From: Takakia lepidozioides
Taxonomy: Eukaryota > Plantae > Bryophyta
Assembly: GCA_030704615.1 (NCBI GenBank)
Contig: CM060732.1
Location: forward strand, 30,318,001 to 30,382,000
Reading direction: 5' to 3'
Length of the DNA: 64,000 bases
Position 1 is the stretch's first letter. Each line of letters opens with the position of its first letter. Shown in pieces: positions 52,219 to 64,000 of the stretch. The position numbers were made by a program, and so were the translations under genes. The notes beneath the pieces were generated by a model. That model worked only from the letters and a program-made list of their open reading frames with translations. It was not told where the DNA came from and did not search any database.

Positions 52219-55200
52219 TCAAGTGTCACAGTCATCAGAATCAGTATCGACCTCCTGTGCTATGTCATCCACAAAGATTCCGGCCCCAACACCACGACTT
52301 CTACCACGACTGTCGATGGTTGGACTGCGAGTGTCATGAATGGACATGCTTGCTGCGTGTGCCTCCGCATAGACAGGTAGCACGTAAGACTGAGGAGGAC
52401 TTGAAAGAAGTCCAAAAAGGTGTGATAGCCCTGGAGGGTCAGTGGAAGGCACGCGGACTCCTGCACAAGTCGACAAAAACCCATTTTGAACACAATGGTG
52501 CAATGCACAAGTCCAACGAAGAGGATGTCTCCCATGTGCACTTTGCCTTAAGAACAGTGATTCTGGGTATTTGAAACAACAATGCAAGCATCCACAGGTT
52601 GAACTTACTCACAGGCAAAGTCGGAGTCCAGCTCCTTGTCGGCAGTCTCCCCTATATCAATATCACCGGGAAGGGGCTTCGGAATGACTTGAGAAGTGTG
52701 TCCACCCAAATCCATCAGGAGGTTCTTGAAAATCTCAGCATCCCGTCGCGCACTAGCCTTGCAAGCATGGTACGAAGCACCTGCAGTGGAATAGAATGAA
52801 GGAAACAGACATTGAAGACACATTTGGAACGGTGGGAAGTGCTGAAAGTGCAAGCTCAAACAAACCTCATGAATGTGAATGTTGAAGAGACGAACATGTG
52901 CCCATTGACAAATCCAGAACTCTAGCATCTGTGCAGGTGCAGCACTCCACAATCGTTTGAATGAAAGTCGGGCTCCTCTCCCTGGCCCCTCTCCAAGGAA
53001 CCCCATTCCCCCTTCGCAAGCACACATTGTTGTCCACGTAGTTGTGGTGCATGTCATCCGTATGAGGATCTGTCCTCTCGTCTATGAACTTGCCCCCATG
53101 AGTGATGGCGAACTCCCTAATGACGGCTGGAGTCGTAGGTGGATGCACTCGGATGAGACAAACAGCTTCAAACAAACGAGTCTGCGGACAAAACATCCAC
53201 AAGGAACTAAGAAGCTTGAAAACCAGGCCCCTACATATTCATTTGAACGACTTATGCAACTCCACCCAAGAACCACCAAGAAGAGGAATAAGAAAGCATA
53301 TTTACCATCTCTCCCGGACGATCCCCCTTCGTCAGGTACATGCTGTTCACACAATTCCATGTCTACAGGACCCTCATACCGGAGGCTTTCAAATAGCTGG
53401 CAAGTGCACGGCGACAACGAAGGTCGATGGACTGGATGAACACCAAAACACCTGCATCGGACAGAAAGAAATTGAAAAAGGAGAAAACCCACCGCCAGTA
53501 GCGCTCATCAAAAGCATTCCAACCTGGACAAGCACCCGATGGAGGGACATCCGGGATTGGCAACCCATCAGGGATGTCCAAGATGATGAGTTCGGCTGCA
53601 TATGGCTTCTCCTTCCCGTTCACCCAGGATTTGGTCATTTTAGCCTGCAAACAAGCATGCAATGGAATGCTCAAGAGGATTGAAACGATCCATGCCCACA
53701 ACAGACAGGAAGCAAAAGACAACACGCACCGTGCAGAGGAACTCCACAATCCTCTCCCACACTGGTGATGGCTCGCCCTTGTAATCAGATTTCTTGGACT
53801 CCATCATGGCAATGAACCCGATGTTGACCATCTCCAACCTGGTAGGGCGAATGACCCTCGTGGGATGCTCCACTGCATGGTACGGGTCCTTGGGATCAAC
53901 CACCCCCTTGTTCTTTCTCCCGGATCCCCTACCATGCAGTGGAGTCTGCAAGACATCCACCACAGGGCCAGTATCTGGAACACTTCCCTGCCCACCTACC
54001 TGCCCTTGTGCCCCCTTCCCCCTACCCCTTCCTTTCCCCACACCACCAGCAACATCCTTTCTCTTTGCCTTTCTACCTCTACCCGGGGTATCCTAAGCGG
54101 GAGGCTCCTTCTATGCAAAAGTCCTCAAATTTCTATCATGAATGTCGAGGTCGGCTGCTGCGGCGGTGGCTGCTATACGCTCATTCTCTCTCCTCAAAGA
54201 CACCTCTTGAGCTGGGGTCTCAGAAGCAGGGCAATCCAAATACCAACCACAAGCCGAAAGATGGTATGGGCCCCAGTCATGCAAGATCCCCGTAGTAAAC
54301 ATGGTCTGGTTGCCAGCACGGACAAGCCAAAGGTCCACGAAATCAGGATGTTTGTCCAAGCAGTTCTCTGCCATGAGAACATACTTTATGTACCTGCAGG
54401 AACAGAGTCAGCCTCATTATGCAATGCAATTATTGTCTCCCAGCTTTTCCACCACATCACGAAGACCCCCTAAAAGAGTATGCGGCACAGTACACTGCAA
54501 CCACCGCACACAAAATAGCCTGAAAGGGCCCAGGGTGTGCACGTTGGTGTTACTACACATGGATAGAACAAATGAGTGTGCGGCACCACAAACTCATATG
54601 AGCAAGCCCAGAACAGGTTGGATGGAGGATTTGCAAAACAAAGAAGCACAGTCCATTTCGCACCTGTAAAGGCATCGTTTCCAGGCTTCCTCTCCTTTCT
54701 CTTGCTGGTCAAGCTCATTTCTTCGACTGATGCCACCCTCCTTGCTGAACTCTCTGAAGAAACAAGATTGCCACACTGTGGCTCTCCATTTCCTCATGTA
54801 TGCTTGGAAGGAGACCTTCGATGCTGTCATGGTGATCCCATAGTCAGCCAGCTGCGTATGTAGAACCAACCGGGCCCTTTCCTCCAACTGCAAAACAATT
54901 TGAATGCAAGAATGAACCCAAAAACAATCACAGCCAATGTAACATGGTAAGAGAATGACAGAAAAAGTGAAAAGAAAGTGACACAGTAAAGGACATCATA
55001 CCTGGCTCCAGTAAGTGGCCTTGTGAAGCCATGTGTCCAGCACATTGTCACTGACAAGAATGACACGCTGGGTCTTCTTCTCTTTCTCCGGCCTGGGGAA
55101 CATATGGGTATCCCTAACAGTGGGATCGGAGTTCCATATCTATAGCCACTTCACCTTCAGTTCTGAAGACACAACGACGGTAGACAACCTGTGTAACTTC

Positions 55201-56446
55201 TCCTGGGCCATCTCCGGCTTGCTTGGCTTGTTGTAATGGATTTTCACCTCTTGAAGAAACTGCGGTCCGAATGATGGGTCGGCAATTCTCAACTGCTTAA
55301 CAAAAGCACTCATAATAGTCCTTCTTGTGGCCGTCATCTCTTTCTGGATGTGACTCTCAACCCCCTTTGTTGTCCTTCTCTCCTCAGGGGTAGAGCTGTA
55401 GTATTCCAGTTTGCCACGCTCTCCTGCATCTGCAATGTCTTGCTGCAAGGGAATGCATAAGAGTTGCATCAACCCAAGGGCAAGGGAAACAAACAGAAAC
55501 AAACATGTGGAGGCAGGAATATCGAAAGGCCAGATGATGGAAGATGTATCTCACCGCATACATATACTCCATGAAAGCCTCATGAGTCAACAAGTACCAC
55601 GTTTCTGATGTCTTGGAGCTTTCGCACTTCTTGTACGTCTCTGCTGAAAGGATGGTCTTGAAGTTGGTCAAGGGCATCTGCCCGATCCTTTGTATCCTGT
55701 ACAGTGTGTGAACTAGACTCGTTTTGACATGCGATGTCTCCGTCCCTCTGCAGAATGATGTGTGAAAGTCAGAATGAAATTCAAGAACCGTCAATAGAGG
55801 ACTGGAACAAAAGAACCACGGAACCACAACTGGAACATGTAGAATGAGAAACCAGCCTGTTCACATCATTCATTGCCGTCAGAAGACCCATCATATTTTC
55901 GTCACAATCCAGCACCATCGATCGAACAGAGTAATGTCACTCTTCCTCCTGTGAGTGCAACCTCCCAATGACAGCCATCCATGCAAGCAACCGGTGGTTG
56001 CCATCCCATACGTGAAACATCTTCCCTGAGAATGCCTGGGTCGAAGGTTTCCTGGAGAGAAGAAGTTTGAAGGATTCGTTCACCTGTCTCCAAATGTGAT
56101 CCCAGGAGTCCACGATTGACTCATCCACAAGGAGCTCATTGCCTCTAGAATCCCTAGTAGAAACGTAATTAAAAGACTTCGGATCCATCCAAATAACCAT
56201 GAACAAACTCGGCCTCCAGCTTCAAGATGTCCTTGATGAGGGGTGGACGAACAAAACCAACCTACACAGGGGAATCTTCAACCTCCCACCCGGGGCAAGC
56301 ATACTTTGCACCACAAGCTGAGAGTTTACCTTCTGACCCCCCAGCATCTCGGCGACTTTTCTTCATAAAATTAATCGTCCACGACAACAATGATCTCCTT
56401 CCCCTGCCCCGAAGGGTTCTCAACCGCCACCCTTTGCATCTTCTCC
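52219..56446 (-). pseudogene. ParB-methyltransferase-like cargo gene, diverged copy 2
   Basis: FHVWDGNHRLLAW; TSHVKTSLVHTLYRIQRIG; GILHDWGPYHLSACGWYLDCP; AELIILDIPDG; PWRGARERSPTF..RVLDLSMGTGASYHACKAS. Same exon order as copy 1; frameshifts in the ParB exon. Confidence 0.78.
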
Positions 56447-56519
56447 TGCAGGGTTGTTCATTCAAATTGATATAACAGAGAGGCAAGGAAAGATGGTGTT
56501 TTGAGCATGGCAGATAGGC

Positions 56520-59500
56520 ACTGTGTGGCCCAATCTCTCATCACAAAATAAGCAATGTGGGGCCGAAAACAGTGTGCGTTGCCGCACATTGTTCCAGCTT
56601 CCAAATAGGGGTGTTTTGAACATGACATTTGGCCCTATGTGGCACATTACCACATAAAAAAACAAGCAGAGACGGGGCCAAGAAGGGGGCACAAACAGTG
56701 TGCATTGCCGCACACTGTTCGTGCTTCCAACTATGGGTGTATTGAGCATGCATACTGGCCCTGTTCGTCCCAATTTCACATCAAAAAACAAGCAGAAAGG
56801 GGGCTCAAAACAGTGTGCGTTGCCGCACACTGTTTGAGTTTCCAATAAGGGTTGGATTCAACCTGACAGACTGGCTCTATGTGGCCTATTTTCACAACAA
56901 AAAAGAATCACAAAGGGGGGCTCAAACAGTGTGCGTTGGCGCACACTGTCTGAGCTTCCAATAAGGGGTGGATTCAACCTGCCAGAGTGCCCTATGTGCC
57001 CGATTTTCAAATCCAAAAAAAAACAAAAACGGGGCTCAAACAGTGTGCGTTGCCGCACACTCTTTGAGCTTCCAATAAGGGTTGGATTCAACCTGACAGA
57101 GTGGCTCTATGTGGCCTATTTTCACAACAAGAAAGAATCACAAAGGGGGGCTCAAATAGTGTGCGTTGGCGCACACTGTCTGAGCTTCCAATAAAGGGTG
57201 GATTCACCCTGCCAGAGTGCCCTATGTGCCCGATTTTCAAATTAAAAAATTAAAAAAATAAATGGGGCTCAAACAGTGTGCGCTGCCGCACACTATTTGA
57301 GCTTCCAATAAGGGGTGGATTCAACCTGCCAGAGTAGCCTTAAGCGCCCGATTTACACATCAAAAAACAAGCAAAGACGGGGCTCAAAACACTATGCAAT
57401 GTCGCACACTGTTTGAGCTTCCAATAAGGGTTGGAATCAACCTGACAGAGTGGCTCTATGTAGCCTATTTTCACAACAAAAAAGAATCACGAAGGGGGGC
57501 TCAAACAGTGTGCGTTGGCGCACACTGTCTGAGCTTCCAATAAGGGGTGGATTCAACCTGCCAGAGTGCCCTATGTGCCCGATTTTCAAATTAAAAAAAA
57601 CAAAAAACGGGGCTCAAACAGTGTGCGGCAGCTTCCAATAAGGGGTGGATTCAACCTACCAGAGTGGCCCTATGTGCCCGACTTTCACATCAAAAAGCAA
57701 GCAAAAAAATGGGGCTCAAACACTGTGCGCTGCCGCACACGGTTTGAGCTTCCAATAAGGGGTGGATTCAACCTGCCAGAGTAGCCTTAAGGGCCCGATT
57801 TACACATCAAAAAACAAGCAAAGACGGGGCTCAAAACAGTGTGCGTTGCCGCACACTGTTTGAGCTTCCAATAACGGTTGGATTCAACCTGCCAGAGTGG
57901 CCCTATGTGGCCTATTTTCACAACATAAAAGAATCCCAAAGGGGGTTCAAACAGTGTGCGTTGGCCACACTGTCTGAGATTCCAATAAGGGGTGGATTCA
58001 ACCTGCCAAAGTGCCCTATGTGCCCGATTTCCAAATCCAAAAAAAAAGCAAAAAACGGGGCTCAAACAGTGTGCGTTGCCGCACACTGTTTGAGCTTCCA
58101 ATAAGGGGTGGATTCAACCTGCCAAGGTGGCCCTTTGTGCCCGACTTTCACATCAAAAAACAAGCAAAAAACGGGGCTCAAACTGTGTGCGTTGCCGCAC
58201 ACGGTTTGAGGTTCCAATAGGGGGTGGATTCAACCTGCCAGAGTAGCCTTAAGGGCCCGATTTTCACATTAAAAAACAAGCGTAGACGGGGCTCAAAACT
58301 GTGTGCGTTGCCGCACACTATTTGAGCTTCCAATAAGGGTTGGATTCAACCTGCCAGAGTGGCCCTATGTGGCCTATTTTCACAACATAAAAGAATCACA
58401 AAGGGGGGTTCAAACAGTGTGCGTTGGCGCACACTGTTTGATCCTCCAATAAGGGGTGGATTCAACCTGCCAGAGTGGCCATATGTGGCCTATTTTCACA
58501 TCAAAAAAGAATCACAAAGGGGGGCTCAATTAGTGTGCGTTGGCGCACACTGTTTGAGCTTCCAATAAGGAGTGGATTCGACCTGCGAGAGTGGCCCTAT
58601 GTCCCCGATTTTCACATCAAAAAACAAGCAAGTAAGGGGGCTCAAACAATGTGCGTTGCCGCACAGTGTTTGAGCTTCCAATAAGGGGCGGATTTAACGT
58701 GCCAGATTGGCCCTATGTGCCCGATTTTCACATCAAAAAACAAGCAAAAAACGGGGTTCAAACAGTGTGCGTTGCCGCACATTGGTTGAGCTTCCAGTAA
58801 GGGTTGGATTCAACCTGCCGGAGTGGCCCTATGTGGCCTATTTTCACAACATAAAAGAATCACAAAGGGGGGTTCAAACAGTGTGCGTTGGCGCACACTG
58901 TTTGATCCTCCAATAAGGGGTGGATTCAACCAGCCAAAGTGGCCATATGTGGCTTATTTTCACATCAAAAAAGAATCACAAAGGGGGGCTCAAACAGTGT
59001 GCGTTGGCGCACACTGTTTGAGCTTCCAATAAGGGGTGGATTCGACCTGCGAGAGTGGCCCTATGTGCCCGATTTTCACATCAAAAAACAAGCAAGTAAG
59101 GGGGCTCAAACAATGTGCGTTGCCGCACAATGTTTGAGCTTCCAATAAGGGGCGGATTCAACCTGCCAGATTGGCCCTATGTGCGCGATTTTCACATCAA
59201 AAAACAAGCAAAAAACGGGGTTCAAACAGTGTGTGTTGCCGCACTCTGTTTGAGCTTCCAATAAGGGGTGGATTCAACGTGCCAAAGTAGCCTTAGGGGC
59301 CCGATTTTCACATCAAAAAACAAGCATAGACGGGGCTCAAAACAGTGTGCGTTGGCGCACACTGTTTGAGCTTCCAATAAGGGGTGGTTTAATCCTGCGA
59401 AAGTGGCCCTATGTGCCGGATTTTCACATCAAAAAACAAGCAAAAAATGGGGCTCAAACAGTGTGCGTTGCCGCACACCGCACACGGTTTGAGGTTCCAA

Positions 59501-60615
59501 TAAGGGGTGGATTCAACTTGCCATAATAGCCTTAAGGGCCCGCTTTTCACATCAAAAACATGAATAGACAGGGCTCAAAATAGTGTGTGTTGCGGCACAC
59601 TGTTTGAGCTTCCAATAAGGGTTGGATTCAACCTGCCAGAGTGGCCCTATGTGACCTATTTTCAAAACAAAAAATAATCACAAAGGGGGGTTCAAACAGT
59701 GTGCGTTGGCGCACACTGTTTGAGCCTCCAATAAGCGGTGGCTTCAACATGCTAGAGTGGCCCTATGTGGCCTATTTTCACGTCGAAAAAGATTCACAAA
59801 GGGGGGCTCAAACCGTGTGCGTTGGCGCACACTGTTTGAACTTCCAATAAGGGGTGGATTCAACTTGCCAGAGTGGCCCTATGTGCCCGATTTTCACATC
59901 AAAAAACAAGCAAGTAAGGGTGCTCAAACAGTGTGAGTTGCCGCACACTATTTGAGCTTCCAATAAGGGGCGGATTCAACCTGTTAGATTGGCCCTATGT
60001 GCCTGATTTTGACATTAAAAAACAAGTTAAAAATGGGGTTCAACAGTGTGCGTTGCCGCACACTGTTCAAGCTTCCAATAAGGGGTGGATTCAACCTGCC
60101 AGAGTAGCCTTAGGGGCCTGTTTTTCACATCAAAAAACAAGCATACATGGGGCTCAAAACTGTGTGCATTTCCGCACACTATTTGGGCTTCTAATAAGGG
60201 GTGGTTTCAACCTGCGAGAGTGGCCCTATGTGCCCGATTTTCAAATCCAAAAATAAGCAAAAAAAAATGGGGCTCAAACAGTGTGCATTGGCGCACACTT
60301 TTTGAGCTTCCAATAAGGCGTGGTTTCAACCTGCGAGAGTGGCCCTATGTGCCCGATTTTCACATCAAAAAACAAGCAAGTAAGGGGGCTCAAAGAGTGT
60401 GCGTTGCCGCACACTGTTTGAGCTTCCAATAAGGGGTGGATTCAACCTGCGAGAGTGGCCCTATGTGCCCGCTTTTCACATTAAAAAACAAGCAAAAAAT
60501 GGGGCTGAAACAGTGTGCTTTGCCGCACACTGTTTGAGCTTCCAATAAGGGGTGGATTCAACCTGCCAGAGTAGCCTTGGGGGCCCGATCTTCACATCAA
60601 AAAACAAGCATAGAC
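56520..60615. repeat. Satellite array, about 35 units of ~116 bp, each with a 36-bp palindrome
   Basis: Unit GGGGCTCAAACAGTGTGCG-TTGC-CGCACACTGTTTGAGCTTCCAATAAGGGGTGGATTCAACCTGCCAGAGTGGCCCTATGTGCCCGATTTTCACATCAAAAAACAAGC. About 3 unit variants. A 464-bp (4-mer) duplication is visible in the ORF track (58359/58823, 58475/58939). Confidence 0.97.
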
Positions 60616-60926
60616 TGTTCGGCTGATGGGAATCTCCATCCGACCCTGGAGGAGTGTTCAATTTCCTTTTGCATGATCCAAATCTTTCCTCACCTTCCAA
60701 ATGGGGGACACTGGATTGCAAAGGGGAGCCTTCAGTGCATCAGTTAAGAGCCCAGGTCATCTTCGATGGGTCTCCGGACCTACTCGTAGCCCTTAGCATC
60801 AACAAAGTCATATGAGGGCCCTTGCCTCCGCCCCGTCCCATCAGAAAATTGCGGTACCGGGTTTGTTGTGTAAGTGCCCGCACCATGTCATCAGCAGTGG
60901 CCACATACAAGTTACGTCTTGCTTTT
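60616..60926 (-). pseudogene. Fragment of a paralogous MULE-type transposase
   Basis: NLYVATADDMVRALTQQTRYRNF...VPHLEGEERFGSCKRKLNTPPGSD, homologous to ~50080-50370. Confidence 0.9.
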
Positions 60927-63900
60927 CACTAGAAGCATTCGTGTCATTTACCACTGGGGTAACGACTCATTTTGAGTCGTAAAAGTCAAAAAACTGGGAT
61001 CGACTGGAAGTTACAATAGACTAGTTGCACCAGACGTGGTAGTTGGGTTGGACATCCAATGATTGGAGTGGTAAAGGACGCAGACGCGCGAACAACTGCT
61101 CAGCGATTAATGCGATTAATGCTGAAGAACCACGTGGCGTAACCAGGCGGGCCGCCCGTGTGTCTGACCTTTTGGGCTGACTTTGACTTTTCCCTCCGGA
61201 TGAGTGGACTGACTCACCCAGGGCGCGGTGACACATGGACGCAGACGTGGATGCGGACGTGGATGCCGATGTGGCGGCGCCGCGACGAGCGGCAATGCTA
61301 CCGCGTGGCCACGGGCCCAAGACACCACATCGCAGTCGGCCACATCACTTGGAGTGCTGCATGTGACGTCGCAACAGCCACTGGCGAAGTCAACTGCACA
61401 ACTTCCGGCAGACGAATCCACGGGGACCACGTGGAGAGTGTGTGGGTCAACGCGTGGTGTCGTCCCCACGCAATGGCAGTGATGGGTACGACTGCTAGTG
61501 GAAAGACGCAGAGTGCTTGTGCCATCTCGGGACTGCTTTGGCCAACTCCGCTACCACTGTGCTAGTTGGTTGCACTACAGTAGGAAAGCATGAAAAATGA
61601 GCACTTGTAGTGGTTTGTGTGAGTTTCCAACTGACCTGCATTCTAAGCTGAAAATATGGTTCTGATGCGTTCTACTGGTTTTAGTGGTTCACCCATATGC
61701 AGGGGGAATTGAGAAGCAATGATACTGGGCGAGACTAAGAACACAGACCACGATGCATGCACAACATCACGCTAATGAACCAAATAGATGAGGCAACAGG
61801 GAGACCAAAGACCATCACACATACACATAGAAGGTGGACGGACACGACGACAAGTCAGGAAATGTGATATTACATTCAAATTAGAGACCGTCACGGCACA
61901 CCTGCATATGAGCAAGACTAAATGCCAACATACATGGTTGCCGGACATCACTTAAACTGTCATGGCCCAAATGTTCAAAACTGGTAACGTGAGTATCATA
62001 CACACTTCTATGAGTATCATTACACACCCAACAGGGACTACAAACATGAAATGTCACTTGATACTTTCACCTTTCCTCATACTCTTCTCTGGCCACAGAG
62101 TCACCGTGCCTTTCACGTGTGCTAGTGTGGTCTGGGGGGGGCATCGTCCACATTTGGGCAAGGCAATGTAACACTTGGAAGCATGATCTCGTGGACTTTC
62201 ACCTTGTACCACCCAGATCGAATGTCCTTGCAGTGGAACTTGTCAACCCCAGCTATTCCCACCACTTCCACCTTGGCGGCGGCTGTCTTTGACCGCTTGT
62301 CATGGGGGTTCAGGAGAAACACAGGATCTGATATCTGCAGACACCAACATCAGGGTCCACTCAGCAACAAACATAGCAATGACAGGGTAAAAGTCAAGCG
62401 TAGCTGGGCATGGAAACAATCTTGGTTGCCACAATACTGAATCAGCAGCCAATTCACGGTGTACCAACGTACCTTGAAGCGAAGCTCGTCGCTGAGGGTG
62501 GCAACTGAGGAAAGCTGCCCACGTGTCTTCAACTGCAGTAGCAAAAAGAGGTTTAGTCAGACGGATAAGAATAACATGAACTCTGGTGGTTGCAATGGTA
62601 TAAACACACCTCCACGGAGCAAGCTAACAAACACCCTACTCAGACCCTAGCACTACAACTTCCTGGCAAAAATAACCCTACTAAAAACCAGCCAGGCAAA
62701 GCAAGGAGCCATGAATGCATGCCTGGGGAACCACGTCTTGCTGCGATGATGGTGCCGGGGACAGCCCACTCCTCTTGCTCACCTGCAATGAATACACATT
62801 GCAACGCTTCAGGAAGTGTATCCATAAAGGAAACCAAGCAAGTAAGTTTGCGGAGAGGGGCTGGGAACAACCATACCTTGGGCGCTGCCTCCTCATGCCA
62901 GGGGGGGAATCCGGAATGCTGCCGCCGTAGCACTATGGTCGTAGGCGCAGGACCCACCTTCTTCACATTCAACCCCACTGCCACTCCCTGTACATGTGGT
63001 CCCTGCAAAACATATAGTGCCAGCCTTGCGTGAGAGGGCATCCGGGGGGAACAAAACAAACATGGACTTTGGCTTCGATGTCATGTTGCAAACAGTAAGG
63101 TTAGTTTCACCTGCATGGGCGCAGAAGTACTTCCCCCAACGACCTCATCCTCTCCCACATTCAAGCTGCCAGTCGGGGTCAACTTTCGCGTGCTTGTGAA
63201 GACACGCACATCCTTGGAGCAAAACAAATCTTGGCAGTAGGGCCAGACTGTTTCTAAAAGGTAGTCTGAATCGGGCCCCTCACTGACATTGCAAGTGACA
63301 TCAAACGACAATGGATGGACCATGTTCAAAGGGGAGTTCCCCCTCCCCTTGTGTGGTGAATCATCCACTAGGAGGGTGTTGGATTTGTTAAATCCAGAAA
63401 ATTCCGACCACACCCTCGACAGTCTCTTCTGTAAGTTCTGTACGGCAGGCCCTTTTGTGGGGTGTGGCTCTGTCAAGGGGTCACACTCCTCTTGTGACCA
63501 CACAAAGAGGGGAGAACCCTTGACCCCCTGCATGACCACTTTGAAGATGTCTGCAACATTCCCCTTGGAAGCACAGGACCATATCCCAACGTAGAAATAC
63601 CGGAAGAGAAGGTTTAAAAACTCGCAGACCTGGGGCCTTGGGAAAACATACTTGTTGGTGGTCAACACCCATGGCCAATGACGCCTCGGGTTGGGCTGAA
63701 AGTTAGGAATAGAGTGGCACAGGATCCCGTTCAGGTCTAGAACAATTAGTTTTGACTTTTCTATGAAAGGAGCTTTTGAAGGGGTGTCACGGGGTCTCAC
63801 CTCAGTGGGTTGGGAGACAACAGTCACCCCGGAGGGCAAAGTTTTGGTCCTCCTGCAGCCTGGACCAGGCAAACTACCACCCTCTCCCCCTACAGCTTCC

Positions 63901-64000
63901 CCTTTTCCCCCATCGTCCATGTCATCCCCACCAACTTGCTGGACCTCTCCCTCTTCAACGAGTGGACCCTGCCCCCCACTGTGAATATCATCAACAACAG
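60927..64000. mobile_element. End of a CACTA-terminated element running off the window
   Basis: CACTAGAAG begins exactly where transposase homology stops. It is followed by ACGACT/AGTCGT subterminal repeats and a CCACGT/ACGTGG-rich GC tract. Confidence 0.65.
62050..64000 (-). CDS. 3' exons of a TE-borne gene: FCP1/NIF-like HAD phosphatase domain (63920-63100) and a C-terminal Tnp1/En/Spm-like domain (~62335-62080); probably degenerate
   Basis: KLIVLDLNGIL..RP...EFL..VGIWS..K.L..VW..NTLLVDDSPHK. Last exon VFLL..AAAKV..FH..GWYKVKV..LPCP..(G..TLWP). Confidence 0.7.

Noticed and set aside
56858-60432. Many similar ~69-aa ORFs
   Set aside because: Artefacts of translating the 116-bp satellite.
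56520-60615. CRISPR-like array (palindromic repeat plus variable spacer)
   Set aside because: The intervening segments are homologous variants of about three types rather than unique spacers; there are no cas genes and the context is eukaryotic.

Overview
Repeat-rich nuclear DNA, most likely from a non-seed land plant (inferred from PLS/DYW PPR genes, spliceosomal introns and the TE types). There is one clearly intact host gene, a 6-exon long-chain alcohol oxidase (29882-34407, +). A PLS-class PPR gene (727-4776, -) has OSB-type 'PDF' ssDNA-binding motifs fused at its N-terminus, and many scrambled PDF/PPR/DYW relics occur across the window; several lie inside a 7.6-kb segment bounded by hAT-type TIRs and a perfect 8-bp TSD. 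The rest is transposon-derived: a broken Copia, L1 fragments, RLE-type LINEs with a structured non-poly(A) 3' tail, a piggyBac-like TTAA element and a tRNA-SINE. The best candidate for a novel system is at 40-61 kb. A ~12-kb DNA transposon encodes a GCM-like/DDE(MULE-type)/SWIM transposase and, divergently, a multi-intron cargo gene fusing a ParB/Srx-like domain to a bacterial-type beta-class N4C/N6A DNA-methyltransferase fold. A second diverged copy of this cargo gene follows. Both copies carry arrays of CG-N4-CG-centred palindromes in non-coding DNA, expanded in copy 2 into a ~4-kb 116-bp satellite. All assignments come from reading motifs by eye; no database searches were run.
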